Shown: positions 9,733-19,439 of the stretch, piece by piece
Numbering within the stretch: position 1 is the first letter of the stretch
Layout of the letters: every line of letters begins with the position of its first letter
Source of the DNA: Nitrospina sp.
GTDB taxonomy: Bacteria > Nitrospinota > Nitrospinia > Nitrospinales > VA-1
Direction of reading: 5' to 3'
Assembly (NCBI GenBank): GCA_018702695.1
Contig: JABIYR010000072.1
Span: 1 to 61,617 of the forward strand
DNA: 61,617 bases
The notes under the pieces: generated by a model
Database searches by the model: none
Told to the model about the DNA's origin: nothing
What the model saw: only the letters and a program-made list of their open reading frames with translations
Program-made: the position numbers and the translations under genes

Positions 9733-11289
9733 ATGAATCCCTTATTGCGAGTGATGATACGGAATATGAAGAGCTATTCTAAAATTTTATTTTTATTCTG
9801 GGTGGTCCTAATGGGAGGCCTGCCAGTTTCCGCAATGGCGATGACGCCTCCATTGCAAGACGGAGTGAACTCTCGCAACCAGAATCTCGGCGCATTATTT
9901 CAGCATAGTGGACTGAAAAATGATTTAGATAGTCTCGAATCGGTTTTAAAGGTTTCAGCCAATATCAATGCCAAGGTGCTGATGCCGGGTCAGGTTGAAT
10001 TTGCAAAAAGAATCATGCGCCAGACCTATTCCTCAGAAATATTTTACGAATTGCTGCGGAAGCCCTTTGTTGAAAATTACAAACCACAACACATTCAATC
10101 TGTGGTTGCATGGTATAGAAGTCCGTTGGGGAAAAAAATATTGAATTCTGAAAAAGAATCCAATAACTCTGAAGACCTGATGGAAGAGATGGTGTTGTTT
10201 GAGAAAAATTTATCGAGAGTCCCTCTGGGCAAGAAACGCTTATCCTCAATTAAAGCGATAGAGCGTTCGCTAAGAAGAACCGAAGCTGGAAAGTCGCTTT
10301 ATTTGGGGTATGTCAAATTGATGCATCCCTTCAATAAGAATATTAAAGGTGAAAGTCTGGCAAAACTCTTGCGAAAATTAGACAAAAGCATTACGAAACC
10401 GATGCGGAAAATTAATTTGCGAGTTTTATTCTATAGCTATAAAAAACTAAAAGATGAGGAGCTGGAACAATATGCGGGGTTTTTAAATTCTCCTGCCGGT
10501 CACTGGTACAACCAGTTGGCATTAAAGGGTTTTAAAGATGGGGTCAGGAGAATTTCGAATGATGCCGAAGTAACTCAGGGTGAGTTGATAAAAGAATTAG
10601 CTTCAGGGGGGCCACAGTTCCCTTTGACAAAGGCGATCGCTCCGCCGGGATACAGGTATTTGTTGATCAGCAAGCGTGACCCCTTTCGTCCTTTGATTAA
10701 AAAAGATCGGAAGCCAATATCTTTTGACGAAGCACAGGTGGTGGTTCGTAAGGTGCCGGGGGTTTCTAAAAAAGAAAAAGTGCTCCTTCGGGCAAAAAAG
10801 CGCAAGTCCAAGCCGCGATTTTTTGGGGGTGAACTGAGTAGTGTCGCACCCATGGCATTACTGGTATGGGAAAAAATTAAAGCGCAGCATCCGGAACTCT
10901 ATCGAAAGCTCCATGACTTTGAAAGTTTATTTAATGACCGGAAAAGAATGGAAGGTCTTGCAGATGATAAATATGCTGAAGCCTTAGAAGGGTATCGCGA
11001 TGCTCTGGAGCAGTCTTCGGGGATTGAAATGGAAGAGTCTCCCCTGCAGGTTGCATATAAATCCCTCAAGATGACAGGAATCATCCGAAAAAAAACGGAA
11101 TCGGTGGCAATGTTTGAAGTGGGCAGTACCGGATATGTAGTAAGAAAAGGGGATCTCGTTGGCCCTGCTTTTGGGTATGTGGGTGAAATACAAGACGAGA
11201 AAATAATTGTACTTGAAAAATTCCGTAATTATTACGGAAATATCTTAACCAAACGACAAATTATTGAATTCTTTCAGAGCCCATCTTAA
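9733..11289 (+). CDS. pilP: Enlarged PilP-like protein (extra ~300-aa N-terminal domain plus C-terminal PilP domain)
   Basis: Lies between pilO and pilQ; KRDPFRP and SPLQ...LKMTGII...GYVVRKGDLVG...GYVGEI PilP motifs in the C-terminal part. Confidence 0.7.
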   Translation: MNPLLRVMIRNMKSYSKILFLFWVVLMGGLPVSAMAMTPPLQDGVNSRNQNLGALFQHSGLKNDLDSLESVLKVSANINAKVLMPGQVEFAKRIMRQTYSSEIFYELLRKPFVENYKPQHIQSVVAWYRSPLGKKILNSEKESNNSEDLMEEMVLFEKNLSRVPLGKKRLSSIKAIERSLRRTEAGKSLYLGYVKLMHPFNKNIKGESLAKLLRKLDKSITKPMRKINLRVLFYSYKKLKDEELEQYAGFLNSPAGHWYNQLALKGFKDGVRRISNDAEVTQGELIKELASGGPQFPLTKAIAPPGYRYLLISKRDPFRPLIKKDRKPISFDEAQVVVRKVPGVSKKEKVLLRAKKRKSKPRFFGGELSSVAPMALLVWEKIKAQHPELYRKLHDFESLFNDRKRMEGLADDKYAEALEGYRDALEQSSGIEMEESPLQVAYKSLKMTGIIRKKTESVAMFEVGSTGYVVRKGDLVGPAFGYVGEIQDEKIIVLEKFRNYYGNILTKRQIIEFFQSPS

Positions 11290-11307
11290 CGAGGGTAATA
11301 CGAACTC

Positions 11308-13245
11308 ATGAAAAAACAAATATTCATAAAATCCCGTTTAATCAAGATCGTTTCTTTGTTGATATTTTTAATGGGATGGCCAGGGGTTGTTGCACACTCT
11401 TCTGTGTTATTACCCGATCGCCAAATGAATGCGCCGTTAGTTAAGGGCTTGGCCAATTCCATTCATAATCACAAAAAACTTGGGTTGATATTGGCTCAAA
11501 ATAAATCTATGGACTCGCAGAAAGAGCCACTTGGCGAGGTTGTTTTTCTCAACACCCAAGAAGAGGGACAAAACTCGATCATCTCTCTTGAGTCGACGCA
11601 GTCGGTTCAGTATACGGCGTTTAAACTTCAGAACCCGCTTCGTCTGGTTTTAGATCTTCCCAAAATGAATCAAGGCAAGTTGACCAGCCGTGTTCAAGTT
11701 GGCAAGGGGATTGTGAGATCTATTTTACCCATCCATTTTAAAGAGGCGGGAGTGTTGCGTCTTGAGATCACTCTTAATCAGGCCGCAGACTATGAAATCA
11801 ATAAGCCTGAAAAAAACAAATTGGTCATTCGCTTGAATTCTTCTGGGCAAATACCTGAAGAGAAAACAGCCCAATTATCATCTGCGACTGAAAGTAGGGT
11901 TAAGAAGAATGTGGATACGGAAAGCTCTCAGAACGAATCCACCGTAGTTGAGGATTCAGCTAAAACTTCTAACGACTCTTGTTACCCCATGCTTTACGGC
12001 GAGAAGGAAACCATTTCTCTGGATTTTCAAAATGCCGATGTACGTAACCTGTTTAGAGTTTTTTCAGAGATCAGTGGCTTCAATGTCATCCTTTCTCCTG
12101 AAGTGGGCGGATCGGTGAATATTAGAATGCTAGATGTTCCCTGGAATGAGGCGATGGAGATTATTCTCACCAACAGTGCATTGGGACGGCAATGTTTCGG
12201 TAACAATATTGTGCGAATCGTTACCAAGGCGGCACTGGAGGCTGAAGAAAGAGCACTCATTGCAAAGAAATCTCGCATTGTGGCCGACAAGCTGGCGGAG
12301 CAGAATGCGCAAGACCTTGTGACCGAGGTCGTTCGTATTGACAATGCCGATATCGCCGCATTGGCAACGAACCTGACTGCCTTAAAAAGTCCCCGAGCAG
12401 ACAGCCAAATTACGGTGGATGTGCGTACGAATACCTTAATATTGAAAGACCTGCGAGTTCGCGTGGATGATATGTTAAAAACCATCGCAATTTTAGATGT
12501 CCCCACGCCACAAATTCTAATTGAAGCAAAGATTGTTGATATCAGTAAAAGCTTTACCCAAGAACTGGGTATTCAATGGGGCTTAACGGGTGAGTTGGCA
12601 GGAGGGGCAGTCGGTGGTTCAACGATTTCAGCAAGCCCTACTTCTACAGGTGGTTTTCTGGTTGATTTGGCTCAGACCTCAAATATTTCAAGTGGAAGCG
12701 TAGGAGGCTTTGGTCTTGCATTGGGGAACTTGATAAATGGATTGAATATCAACCTCCGGCTGGAAGCTTTGGAGACTCAGGGTAAAGGGCGCATTCTATC
12801 CAGCCCAAAAGTCACAACGGCTGATAACAAAGAAGCCCGGATAAGGAGTGGTAGGCAGATTCCTTATCAGGTGACATCAGCGGAAGGGAACTCAATTCAA
12901 TTTGTCGATGCCGAGTTGAGTTTAACTGTTACCCCGCATGCGACGTCAGACAATAAAATTTATTTGATCATTGATGCCACTAAAAATGCCGCCGATTTCA
13001 CCAATCAGGTGAATGGTGTGCCGACCATCACTACTAAAGAAACGCATACAGAAGTGTTAGTGGGCAATGGTGATACCACCGTTTTAGGCGGAATTTACGA
13101 AAGCGAATCAACCGAAAATAAAAAAGAAGTTCCGTTTTTATCCAAGGTCCCAGTTTTTGGTAATTTATTTAAAAGTTTTGCCGATGCCGACACCATCACG
13201 GAGCTTTTGGTTTTCATCACTCCCACCATCATCGAAACAAATTGA
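11308..13245 (+). CDS. pilQ: Type IV pilus secretin PilQ
   Basis: AMIN domain (NPLRLVLDLP), ISLDFQNADVR, QILIEAKIV, VPFLSKVPVFGNLFK, ELLVFITPTI. Confidence 0.95.
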   Translation: MKKQIFIKSRLIKIVSLLIFLMGWPGVVAHSSVLLPDRQMNAPLVKGLANSIHNHKKLGLILAQNKSMDSQKEPLGEVVFLNTQEEGQNSIISLESTQSVQYTAFKLQNPLRLVLDLPKMNQGKLTSRVQVGKGIVRSILPIHFKEAGVLRLEITLNQAADYEINKPEKNKLVIRLNSSGQIPEEKTAQLSSATESRVKKNVDTESSQNESTVVEDSAKTSNDSCYPMLYGEKETISLDFQNADVRNLFRVFSEISGFNVILSPEVGGSVNIRMLDVPWNEAMEIILTNSALGRQCFGNNIVRIVTKAALEAEERALIAKKSRIVADKLAEQNAQDLVTEVVRIDNADIAALATNLTALKSPRADSQITVDVRTNTLILKDLRVRVDDMLKTIAILDVPTPQILIEAKIVDISKSFTQELGIQWGLTGELAGGAVGGSTISASPTSTGGFLVDLAQTSNISSGSVGGFGLALGNLINGLNINLRLEALETQGKGRILSSPKVTTADNKEARIRSGRQIPYQVTSAEGNSIQFVDAELSLTVTPHATSDNKIYLIIDATKNAADFTNQVNGVPTITTKETHTEVLVGNGDTTVLGGIYESESTENKKEVPFLSKVPVFGNLFKSFADADTITELLVFITPTIIETN

Positions 13246-13318
13246 ATTCTGTGTTTGAAATGGTTTGAATTAAAAAATCCACTGTGCACAGAAAAAACTT
13301 CTTATAGAAGAAAAAGAC

Positions 13319-14389
13319 ATGCAACGCTTGAACATTGATCTGGGTGAAAGAAGTTACGAAATTTTAATTGGCCCGGGTATCAGAAGACGGGCGGGTGAAT
13401 TTCTCAAAGCGGTTTTTAAACCTAGCCGAATTGTCATCATCACACATCCCTCCATCAATGAACTCTATGGCGCAGAGGTGGCAGAGAATTTTGCGGCTCA
13501 GGGTTGGACGACTGATATCATTGAAATCCCTGAAGGCGAATCCTCGAAGAGCTTGACTCAGGCTGAAAAACTATACGATCACCTGTTAGAATTGAATTGC
13601 GACCGGAAATCTGTTTTAGTTGCTTTGGGAGGAGGCGTGATCGGAGATTTGGTCGGATTCATTGCGGCTACTTATCAAAGAGGTATTCCTTTCGTACAAA
13701 TGCCGACCACATTACTTTCTCAGGTTGATAGCAGTGTTGGGGGAAAAACAGCGGTCAATCATCCCAAGGGAAAAAATATGATCGGCGCTTTTTACCAGCC
13801 CCTTCTGGTCGTGGCAGACTTGGAAACCCTTGCGACACTTCCCGTTAGGGAGTATCGAGCCGGATTGGCAGAGATTGTCAAGTATGGAGTTATCTCCGAT
13901 GCCAAGTTTTTTGAATTTTTAGAAACACGCCACAAGGATATTCTCAACCTAGATCACGACTGCCTTTCTCATATTATCGAGACCTCATGTGCCATCAAGG
14001 CAGAAGTGGTGGAGAAGGATGAGCGAGAAAGTCATTACCGAATGATACTCAACTTCGGGCACACTCTGGGCCATGTTGTCGAGTCGTTGACAGGTTATAC
14101 CCGTTATATTCATGGTGAAGCAGTGGCGATAGGAATGGTGCGGGCGGCAGAGCTGTCGGTTACTATGAAGAGATGCTCAGCCGAGATACCCACACGTTTG
14201 AAAAATTTATTGCTTAAATTGGGATTGCCGGTGGAGATGCCTGACTTGGATACTTCAGCGGTGATTGAATCTTTGTATCATGATAAAAAAACCATGAATC
14301 ATAAAATAAAATTTATTCTGGTTAAAGAAATAGGCTCGATAGAAATTGTTGATCAGGTTTCAGAAGGTGAAATTTTAGCAATTCTTTGA
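13319..14389 (+). CDS. aroB: 3-dehydroquinate synthase
   Basis: GGGVIGDL, PTTLLSQVDSSVGGKT, LNFGHTLGH, HGEAV. Confidence 0.96.
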   Translation: MQRLNIDLGERSYEILIGPGIRRRAGEFLKAVFKPSRIVIITHPSINELYGAEVAENFAAQGWTTDIIEIPEGESSKSLTQAEKLYDHLLELNCDRKSVLVALGGGVIGDLVGFIAATYQRGIPFVQMPTTLLSQVDSSVGGKTAVNHPKGKNMIGAFYQPLLVVADLETLATLPVREYRAGLAEIVKYGVISDAKFFEFLETRHKDILNLDHDCLSHIIETSCAIKAEVVEKDERESHYRMILNFGHTLGHVVESLTGYTRYIHGEAVAIGMVRAAELSVTMKRCSAEIPTRLKNLLLKLGLPVEMPDLDTSAVIESLYHDKKTMNHKIKFILVKEIGSIEIVDQVSEGEILAIL

Positions 14390-14470
14390 GTCGGTTCCAT
14401 TAAAATACCCGCCCAATTAGAGTTGGGGAAATTAAAAATGCTTGCATCAGGCTATTGATAGGAATGACTT

Positions 14471-15136
14471 ATGTTAGCCAGACAAACAATTTTAAAACGA
14501 GTGATGATTGTGGTTACAGCTGTGCTGTCAATCGTTGCGCAAGCGGATGCCGCAGTTTATACATGGAAAGATAAAAACGGTACGACTCATTTTACCGATG
14601 ATCGCACAAAGGTTCCGCAAGCGTATCGTAATAAGCCACTCCTTAAAGATCGCATAACTCCTGCAGAATTACCGAGCCTCGAGAAAAAAGACGAGTCGAA
14701 GGCTGAGAGTAAAAGTCTCCCAAAAAAAAATAAAGCCAAAGAATCAGATGAAGAGAGTTTGACTGTGGCTCAACGCTCCGCGATTCAGGCCACCACAAAC
14801 TTTCTGAAAGAAGATATCCTGCGATACGAAAAATATTACGACTGGCCCCCCAGCCGCAGTAAATATCGTTTGCTCAAAGAAGCTGTGGCAAATGCTACGT
14901 CAGCCAAACAAGCCCTTTTGCAAACAATAAGTCTACACGATCTTCCCCTGTTTAAGGATGTCACTGAGTTTTTACAGGCGAGCATTGCCGAAGATGAAAA
15001 AGCCCAGAAAATTAGACCGACAACCATCACCTCAACCCGGCAAACTCAGGCTTTGATCAATCGATTAAAACGAGAAACCGGGCAGGAAAATCATTTTCTG
15101 AAAAAACTGACGGCTGTTCTCAACTCCCCCGAGTAA
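14471..15136 (+). CDS. Exported DUF4124-domain protein
   Basis: Signal peptide followed by YTWKDKNGTTHFTD...VP. Confidence 0.75.
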   Translation: MLARQTILKRVMIVVTAVLSIVAQADAAVYTWKDKNGTTHFTDDRTKVPQAYRNKPLLKDRITPAELPSLEKKDESKAESKSLPKKNKAKESDEESLTVAQRSAIQATTNFLKEDILRYEKYYDWPPSRSKYRLLKEAVANATSAKQALLQTISLHDLPLFKDVTEFLQASIAEDEKAQKIRPTTITSTRQTQALINRLKRETGQENHFLKKLTAVLNSPE

Positions 15137-15491
15137 CACCATTTGCACTTCAAACTCAATCAAACTGATAAATAAATATTTTTTTTGTGATGAGCCATCA
15201 AGGCGAGGACGGTTCATCGGCAATAGACTTCCTGTGAAAAATGTTGGATGCAACAGGGGATTTTCCAAAGGTTTTCAATATTAAAGCCTGCGGATTATTT
15301 ATAGCGTATTCCGAAAAAGTGAGTTGGATAGCGTGGTTTAACGTGCTTAAAACAGGCATGTAATAAATTTATATACCCCAAATGGGTTGCTAAAATATTG
15401 TGTTTGCCTTAAATTAAAGTGGACTGAAAAGTGAAAACACTTTCGCATGGTTTGGCTGATGAAGACCTTTAATTTAAAAATTTATACAGAT

Positions 15492-16124
15492 ATGACTCTC
15501 AGGCCGCGTAAATATAACTCTGTCTTAAAAAATGAAAACGGGGTTTCTCTGGTTGAAGGACTTCTTGCGGCCGCCATTCTTGCATTGGGAGTGTTGGGCT
15601 ATGCTTCCTTGCAAGGGAATATTGTGAATTTGGGGCAAAAAAGTGCAAAAAAAAGTGTCTCCATTACTCTGGCTCAAGACAAACTGGAAGCCTTAAAAAA
15701 TTTGGCCTCCAAAATTGAGTTACCCGATACCGACTCTCTGACTTCCCCTATTTATTCTGATGGAACTTGGTCCAACTCGTTAGGGGAGACCATCGATTCA
15801 GAAGGTGATGTGGATGCAGATGGAGACTATGAGCGCACTTGGACCATTGCACCCGATGCTGATTTAGGACATTTTTATGACCTCAGCGTTTCGGTGGGCT
15901 GGCAAGACAGATCGTCAAACCCACTCCACACGGTCACATTATACACCCAGGTCAATCAAGACTTTCGGGTTGAAGCGGCAGATGTAGAAGTGTCGGAAAA
16001 TGCTGACGATTCCGACCCGAGTGATAAAGATAAGGACAAAGATAAGGACAAAGACAAAGATTCAGATTCCGGTGACAAAGACAAAGATAAGGACAAAGAT
16101 AAAGATTCAGATTCCGGCGAATAG
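15492..16124 (+). CDS. Minor pilin, PilV-like (cassette 1), with C-terminal (DK)n/DSDSG tail
   Basis: Prepilin site G|VSLVE plus hydrophobic helix; YERTWTI, VSVGW. Start uncertain (15447-15492). Confidence 0.8.
   Translation: MTLRPRKYNSVLKNENGVSLVEGLLAAAILALGVLGYASLQGNIVNLGQKSAKKSVSITLAQDKLEALKNLASKIELPDTDSLTSPIYSDGTWSNSLGETIDSEGDVDADGDYERTWTIAPDADLGHFYDLSVSVGWQDRSSNPLHTVTLYTQVNQDFRVEAADVEVSENADDSDPSDKDKDKDKDKDKDSDSGDKDKDKDKDKDSDSGE
16005..16121 (+). repeat. Low-complexity repeat encoding DKDKDK...DSDSG
   Basis: GA(T/C)AA(A/G) hexamer runs; two DK-run-plus-DSDSG units. Confidence 0.9.
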
Positions 16125-16185
16125 GACTGTGGCTTTATCGAGCTGAAACTTAACTAAACTCAAAACAAGAGATAAACAGCCAAAT

Positions 16186-16989
16186 ATGAACACTGATATT
16201 AAAACATTAAGAAATTCGCAAGGCATGACTTTGGCGGAGGTCTTGGTAGGTATTATTATCGGAACCATTTTGTTAGCGGCTGGCTATAAATCATTTATCG
16301 CGCAACAGGAAGCACTAGAGGGTGCAGGGGATGAGGCTTTAATTCGCTCTAAAGGACGTTTGGCCGCTAAGCTTTTGGCTAAAGAACTCCGGCTAATTGG
16401 TTTTGGAGTGCCACCCAACGCGCAAATAATTTCCATTAATAGTAGTTCCATTACTTATCGGGCCGCTCTCACTGACTTGCAAACTTCCATTCCTCCCGGA
16501 GAACCTGGGGACAACGGGGCCAGTGCCGGAGACACCAGTTTAAATGTGGTGAGTGCAGATGGTTTTGCTGACCTGAACAACATAGTTATCTACGATCCAT
16601 CTACCGGTGAATATGAGTTTGACTATATCGATGGCGATCCGGTGGAAGGAGACCCGGATACCCTTCCTCTTGGCGACGCTCTGACGAAAGATTTTACATT
16701 TGGAGTAAATTCTAAATTCTTCAGAATCAACCAATACAACCAAATCACTGTAGCTTTATCTGGAACAAGTATTGAAAAAACTGTAGACGGAAGCACACAA
16801 GTTTTTGTGGATGATGTGGATGCATCCACCGGTTTGGTATTGGAATATTTTGATGCAGATGGAAACACCACCGACACCCTTTCTAATATACAAAAAATTT
16901 CTGTAACGATAAACCTGATTGATCCAGATAATGACCGTGCATCAATTCAGTTTAAAACAGATGTGACCCTCAGGAATATTTCGACATGA
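16186..16989 (+). CDS. Minor pilin, PilW-like (cassette 1)
   Basis: G|MTLAE prepilin site, KELRLIGF, C-terminal DVTLRN. Confidence 0.82.
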   Translation: MNTDIKTLRNSQGMTLAEVLVGIIIGTILLAAGYKSFIAQQEALEGAGDEALIRSKGRLAAKLLAKELRLIGFGVPPNAQIISINSSSITYRAALTDLQTSIPPGEPGDNGASAGDTSLNVVSADGFADLNNIVIYDPSTGEYEFDYIDGDPVEGDPDTLPLGDALTKDFTFGVNSKFFRINQYNQITVALSGTSIEKTVDGSTQVFVDDVDASTGLVLEYFDADGNTTDTLSNIQKISVTINLIDPDNDRASIQFKTDVTLRNIST

Positions 16990-18584
16990 AAAAATACCTC
17001 GGTCAGAGAGTGGTAGCGCTAAGACAAAAGATTTATGATCGGTTGCTTAGGAGCAATGAATCGGGTGCGGCTCTCGTAGCCTCCATCCTATTTGCGGCAA
17101 CGGTCTCTGTTCTTGCTGTTGTCGCCTTTCAATGGGCATCAGGAGATATTAAGCGGACCGGAAGATATGTCCTGACGCGGGAAGCTTTTTATATTGCCGA
17201 AGCCGGTCTGCAAAAATCTTTAAATTTTCTGAATTATAACTCCGATGGAGAATACCCCGGAGATGCGGGGCAGGGGTTCACAGAGGTTCTTGGTACATTT
17301 GTATCGGATCATTCCTCAGAATTAGAGAGCTTTAGTTTTGGCGGAGGAACCTATACGGTTTCGGTAGCGGATAACGATGACAACGATGGTGATTTAACGG
17401 TTGACGTCGATAATACTATTTTACTCAATGCAACTGGCACAAAAGATTCTTCCAGTGTTACGATTCAGGCGATATTATTACATGGTATTTTTGGTGCCAA
17501 GCATGCGATCACGACAGAGGATGATTTACAGATAAATGGCAATCCCAACGTTCAAGGAACTTCAGGAAGTATTCACTCAAATTCTGATATTACAGGGAAC
17601 TCTAATGACGTAGAGCAGGGGACCACTGCCGCAGGTGTTTGTGACAGCCCTTGCGTAGAAGGTGCGGCAAAAGAAGTTCTTCCTGTTGCGGAGCCCGCTG
17701 ATTTTAAAACGTATGCTAATTTTGTTCTAACCAGTGAAGGCACTATTACCGATGCGGATGACTCTGCTGTCGATATTTCTGAAAACAAACTCGATAATTG
17801 GAGCTACACGGATACAGGTTCGTTTACAGGGTGGGTTCTGAATGGTTGCAGTGCAGATGGAATGTTCTTTGCAGAAACAAGTATCAAACTGACGGGCAAT
17901 GTTGATAAATGTTCTGAAGATAGTGCTGATAGTAGCGACAAAGATAAAGATAAGGATTCCGATTCGAGCGACAAGGACAAAGATAAAGACGCGGACTCTG
18001 GAGACAAAGATAAGGATTCCGATTCCAGCGATAAGGACAAAGATAAAGATGCGGACTCTGGAGACAAAGACAAGGATTCCGATTCCAGCGATAAGGACAA
18101 AGATAAAGATGCGGACTCTGGAGACAAAGACAAGGATTCTGATTCCAGCGATAAGGACAAAGATAAGGACGCAGACTCTGGAGATAAAGACAAGGATTCT
18201 GATTCTGCGTCATCTGGCGATGCATTAAAACTGACTTTGATTGCAGAGGAAGACATAATCATTTCTGGAAATCCAAATATTGAGAATTATAAAAATGATT
18301 CTCATCCCGAAGAGATTCAGAATCTCTTGTTTGTGTCGGGTTTAGATCTCGATTTTGGAGGAAATCTGACCCAGTCTGTGCAAGGGGTCGTTATTGCCAA
18401 AGAGCAGATATCCTTAACGGGTAGTGTGAGTCTCAGTGGTTATATCATTGCCTCCGACGTGACTTCTTCCGGGGATACGGTAGGTAGTAATAGTGTGTCG
18501 GGTAACTTTGAAGTTACCTACAATGGTTTAAAAAATCCTTTTTTGAATGATCAGGTGACCCTTCTTTCCTGGAAAGAGAAATAA
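16986..18584 (+). CDS. PilX-like pilin with acidic, probably beta-solenoid C-domain and an internal repeat insertion (cassette 1)
   Basis: G|AALVAS (no E5, PilX-like), AFYIAEAGL, C-terminal LLSWKE. Confidence 0.8.
   Translation: MKKYLGQRVVALRQKIYDRLLRSNESGAALVASILFAATVSVLAVVAFQWASGDIKRTGRYVLTREAFYIAEAGLQKSLNFLNYNSDGEYPGDAGQGFTEVLGTFVSDHSSELESFSFGGGTYTVSVADNDDNDGDLTVDVDNTILLNATGTKDSSSVTIQAILLHGIFGAKHAITTEDDLQINGNPNVQGTSGSIHSNSDITGNSNDVEQGTTAAGVCDSPCVEGAAKEVLPVAEPADFKTYANFVLTSEGTITDADDSAVDISENKLDNWSYTDTGSFTGWVLNGCSADGMFFAETSIKLTGNVDKCSEDSADSSDKDKDKDSDSSDKDKDKDADSGDKDKDSDSSDKDKDKDADSGDKDKDSDSSDKDKDKDADSGDKDKDSDSSDKDKDKDADSGDKDKDSDSASSGDALKLTLIAEEDIIISGNPNIENYKNDSHPEEIQNLLFVSGLDLDFGGNLTQSVQGVVIAKEQISLTGSVSLSGYIIASDVTSSGDTVGSNSVSGNFEVTYNGLKNPFLNDQVTLLSWKEK
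17941..18207 (+). repeat. 60-bp tandem repeat (~4.5 copies) encoding DKDKDSDSSDKDKDKDADSG
   Basis: Lines 17941/18001/18061/18121/18181 align with 60-nt period; differences are mostly synonymous. Confidence 0.95.
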
Positions 18585-18835
18585 TAAATACAAAATAAAG
18601 ATACCCACCTCAGCAGTTTTCTTTTCTTCCATATCCATTGTCATTAAGGGTAGTAAAAATCCGATGGATTGGCCTATTCTGTACCCGCCCCACAAAAATT
18701 TATTCAACAGGTAGTAAGAATTGTCACAGTACCTTCAATTTTGTACTTTTCAATTTCTGGTTAAATAATTTTTTAGCACTATAAACCTTTGAAAATTGAA
18801 TATTAATTAAATAGGTTGTGATTAGTTTTAATATT

Positions 18836-18852
18836 TTGGTCTTTATCTTGCT
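18836..18852 (+). promoter_or_regulatory. Putative sigma-54 promoter of minor-pilin cassette 2
   Basis: TTGGTCTTTATCTTGCT = GG-N10-GC. Confidence 0.55.
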
Positions 18853-18994
18853 ATAAAAAGATTAAGGTGAAAAGATTCGTAGATCTTTTTTGAGGGTACC
18901 CCCTTATTTGTGGGGGTTGCGTGACGAGTTTTAACCCGCATAATCAAAGAAATAGATCGGAAACGCAATATTGATTAGAAATACTACTCAAGCT

Positions 18995-19429
18995 ATGAAC
19001 CCTTTTAAAAATAATTCCGGTTTTACTATCATTGAAGTTCTCGTTGCTGCCTTGATTGTTACCGCTGGGTTGCTGGCTTATCTTTTGGCTTCGGGAAATG
19101 TGGTAGGCCAAAATGCGCAAAGTAAAAAGAAGACCTTGGCCGTCACCCTAGCTCAGGACCAAATAGAGTCGATTAAAAATTCTGCCTTGACGGTTTCATT
19201 GGCGGGTGCTAATGGGCTGGATTCCCCGACTGAAAGCGCCGGGGTTTGGACGGAGAATGTCGGAGGGGAAGTGGTGGATGCAACCGGAACTACGGGAACC
19301 GCAAATGCCATCTATACCCGTACTTGGTCCATCACAACGGATGCTCTAGAGGTGTTCTATACAGTGTCTGCAACCGTTGTATGGGATGGGAGTAAATCGA
19401 TCACCCTTGATACTCTGATTTCTGAATAA
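18995..19429 (+). CDS. Minor pilin, PilV-like (cassette 2)
   Basis: G|FTIIE site; paralogous to 15492..16124 (TLAQD, YxRTWxI). Confidence 0.85.
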   Translation: MNPFKNNSGFTIIEVLVAALIVTAGLLAYLLASGNVVGQNAQSKKKTLAVTLAQDQIESIKNSALTVSLAGANGLDSPTESAGVWTENVGGEVVDATGTTGTANAIYTRTWSITTDALEVFYTVSATVVWDGSKSITLDTLISE

Positions 19430-19439
19430 GGCTCAAATT

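Noticed and set aside
11308-14389. pilQ-aroB linkage as a novelty
   Set aside because: pilMNOPQ-aro(K)B synteny is well known; only the absence of aroK differs.
15137-15446. Sigma-54 promoter for minor-pilin cassette 1
   Set aside because: Best match (CGGCAATAGACTTCC) lacks the invariant -12 GC.
17941-18207. Possible CRISPR array
   Set aside because: Contiguous in-frame coding repeats with no unique spacers and no cas genes.
17804-18262. Alternative-frame and antisense ORFs (SLSLS..., TKIKIR..., QNPCLYL...)
   Set aside because: Shadows of the stop-free 60-bp repeat inside the PilX-like gene.
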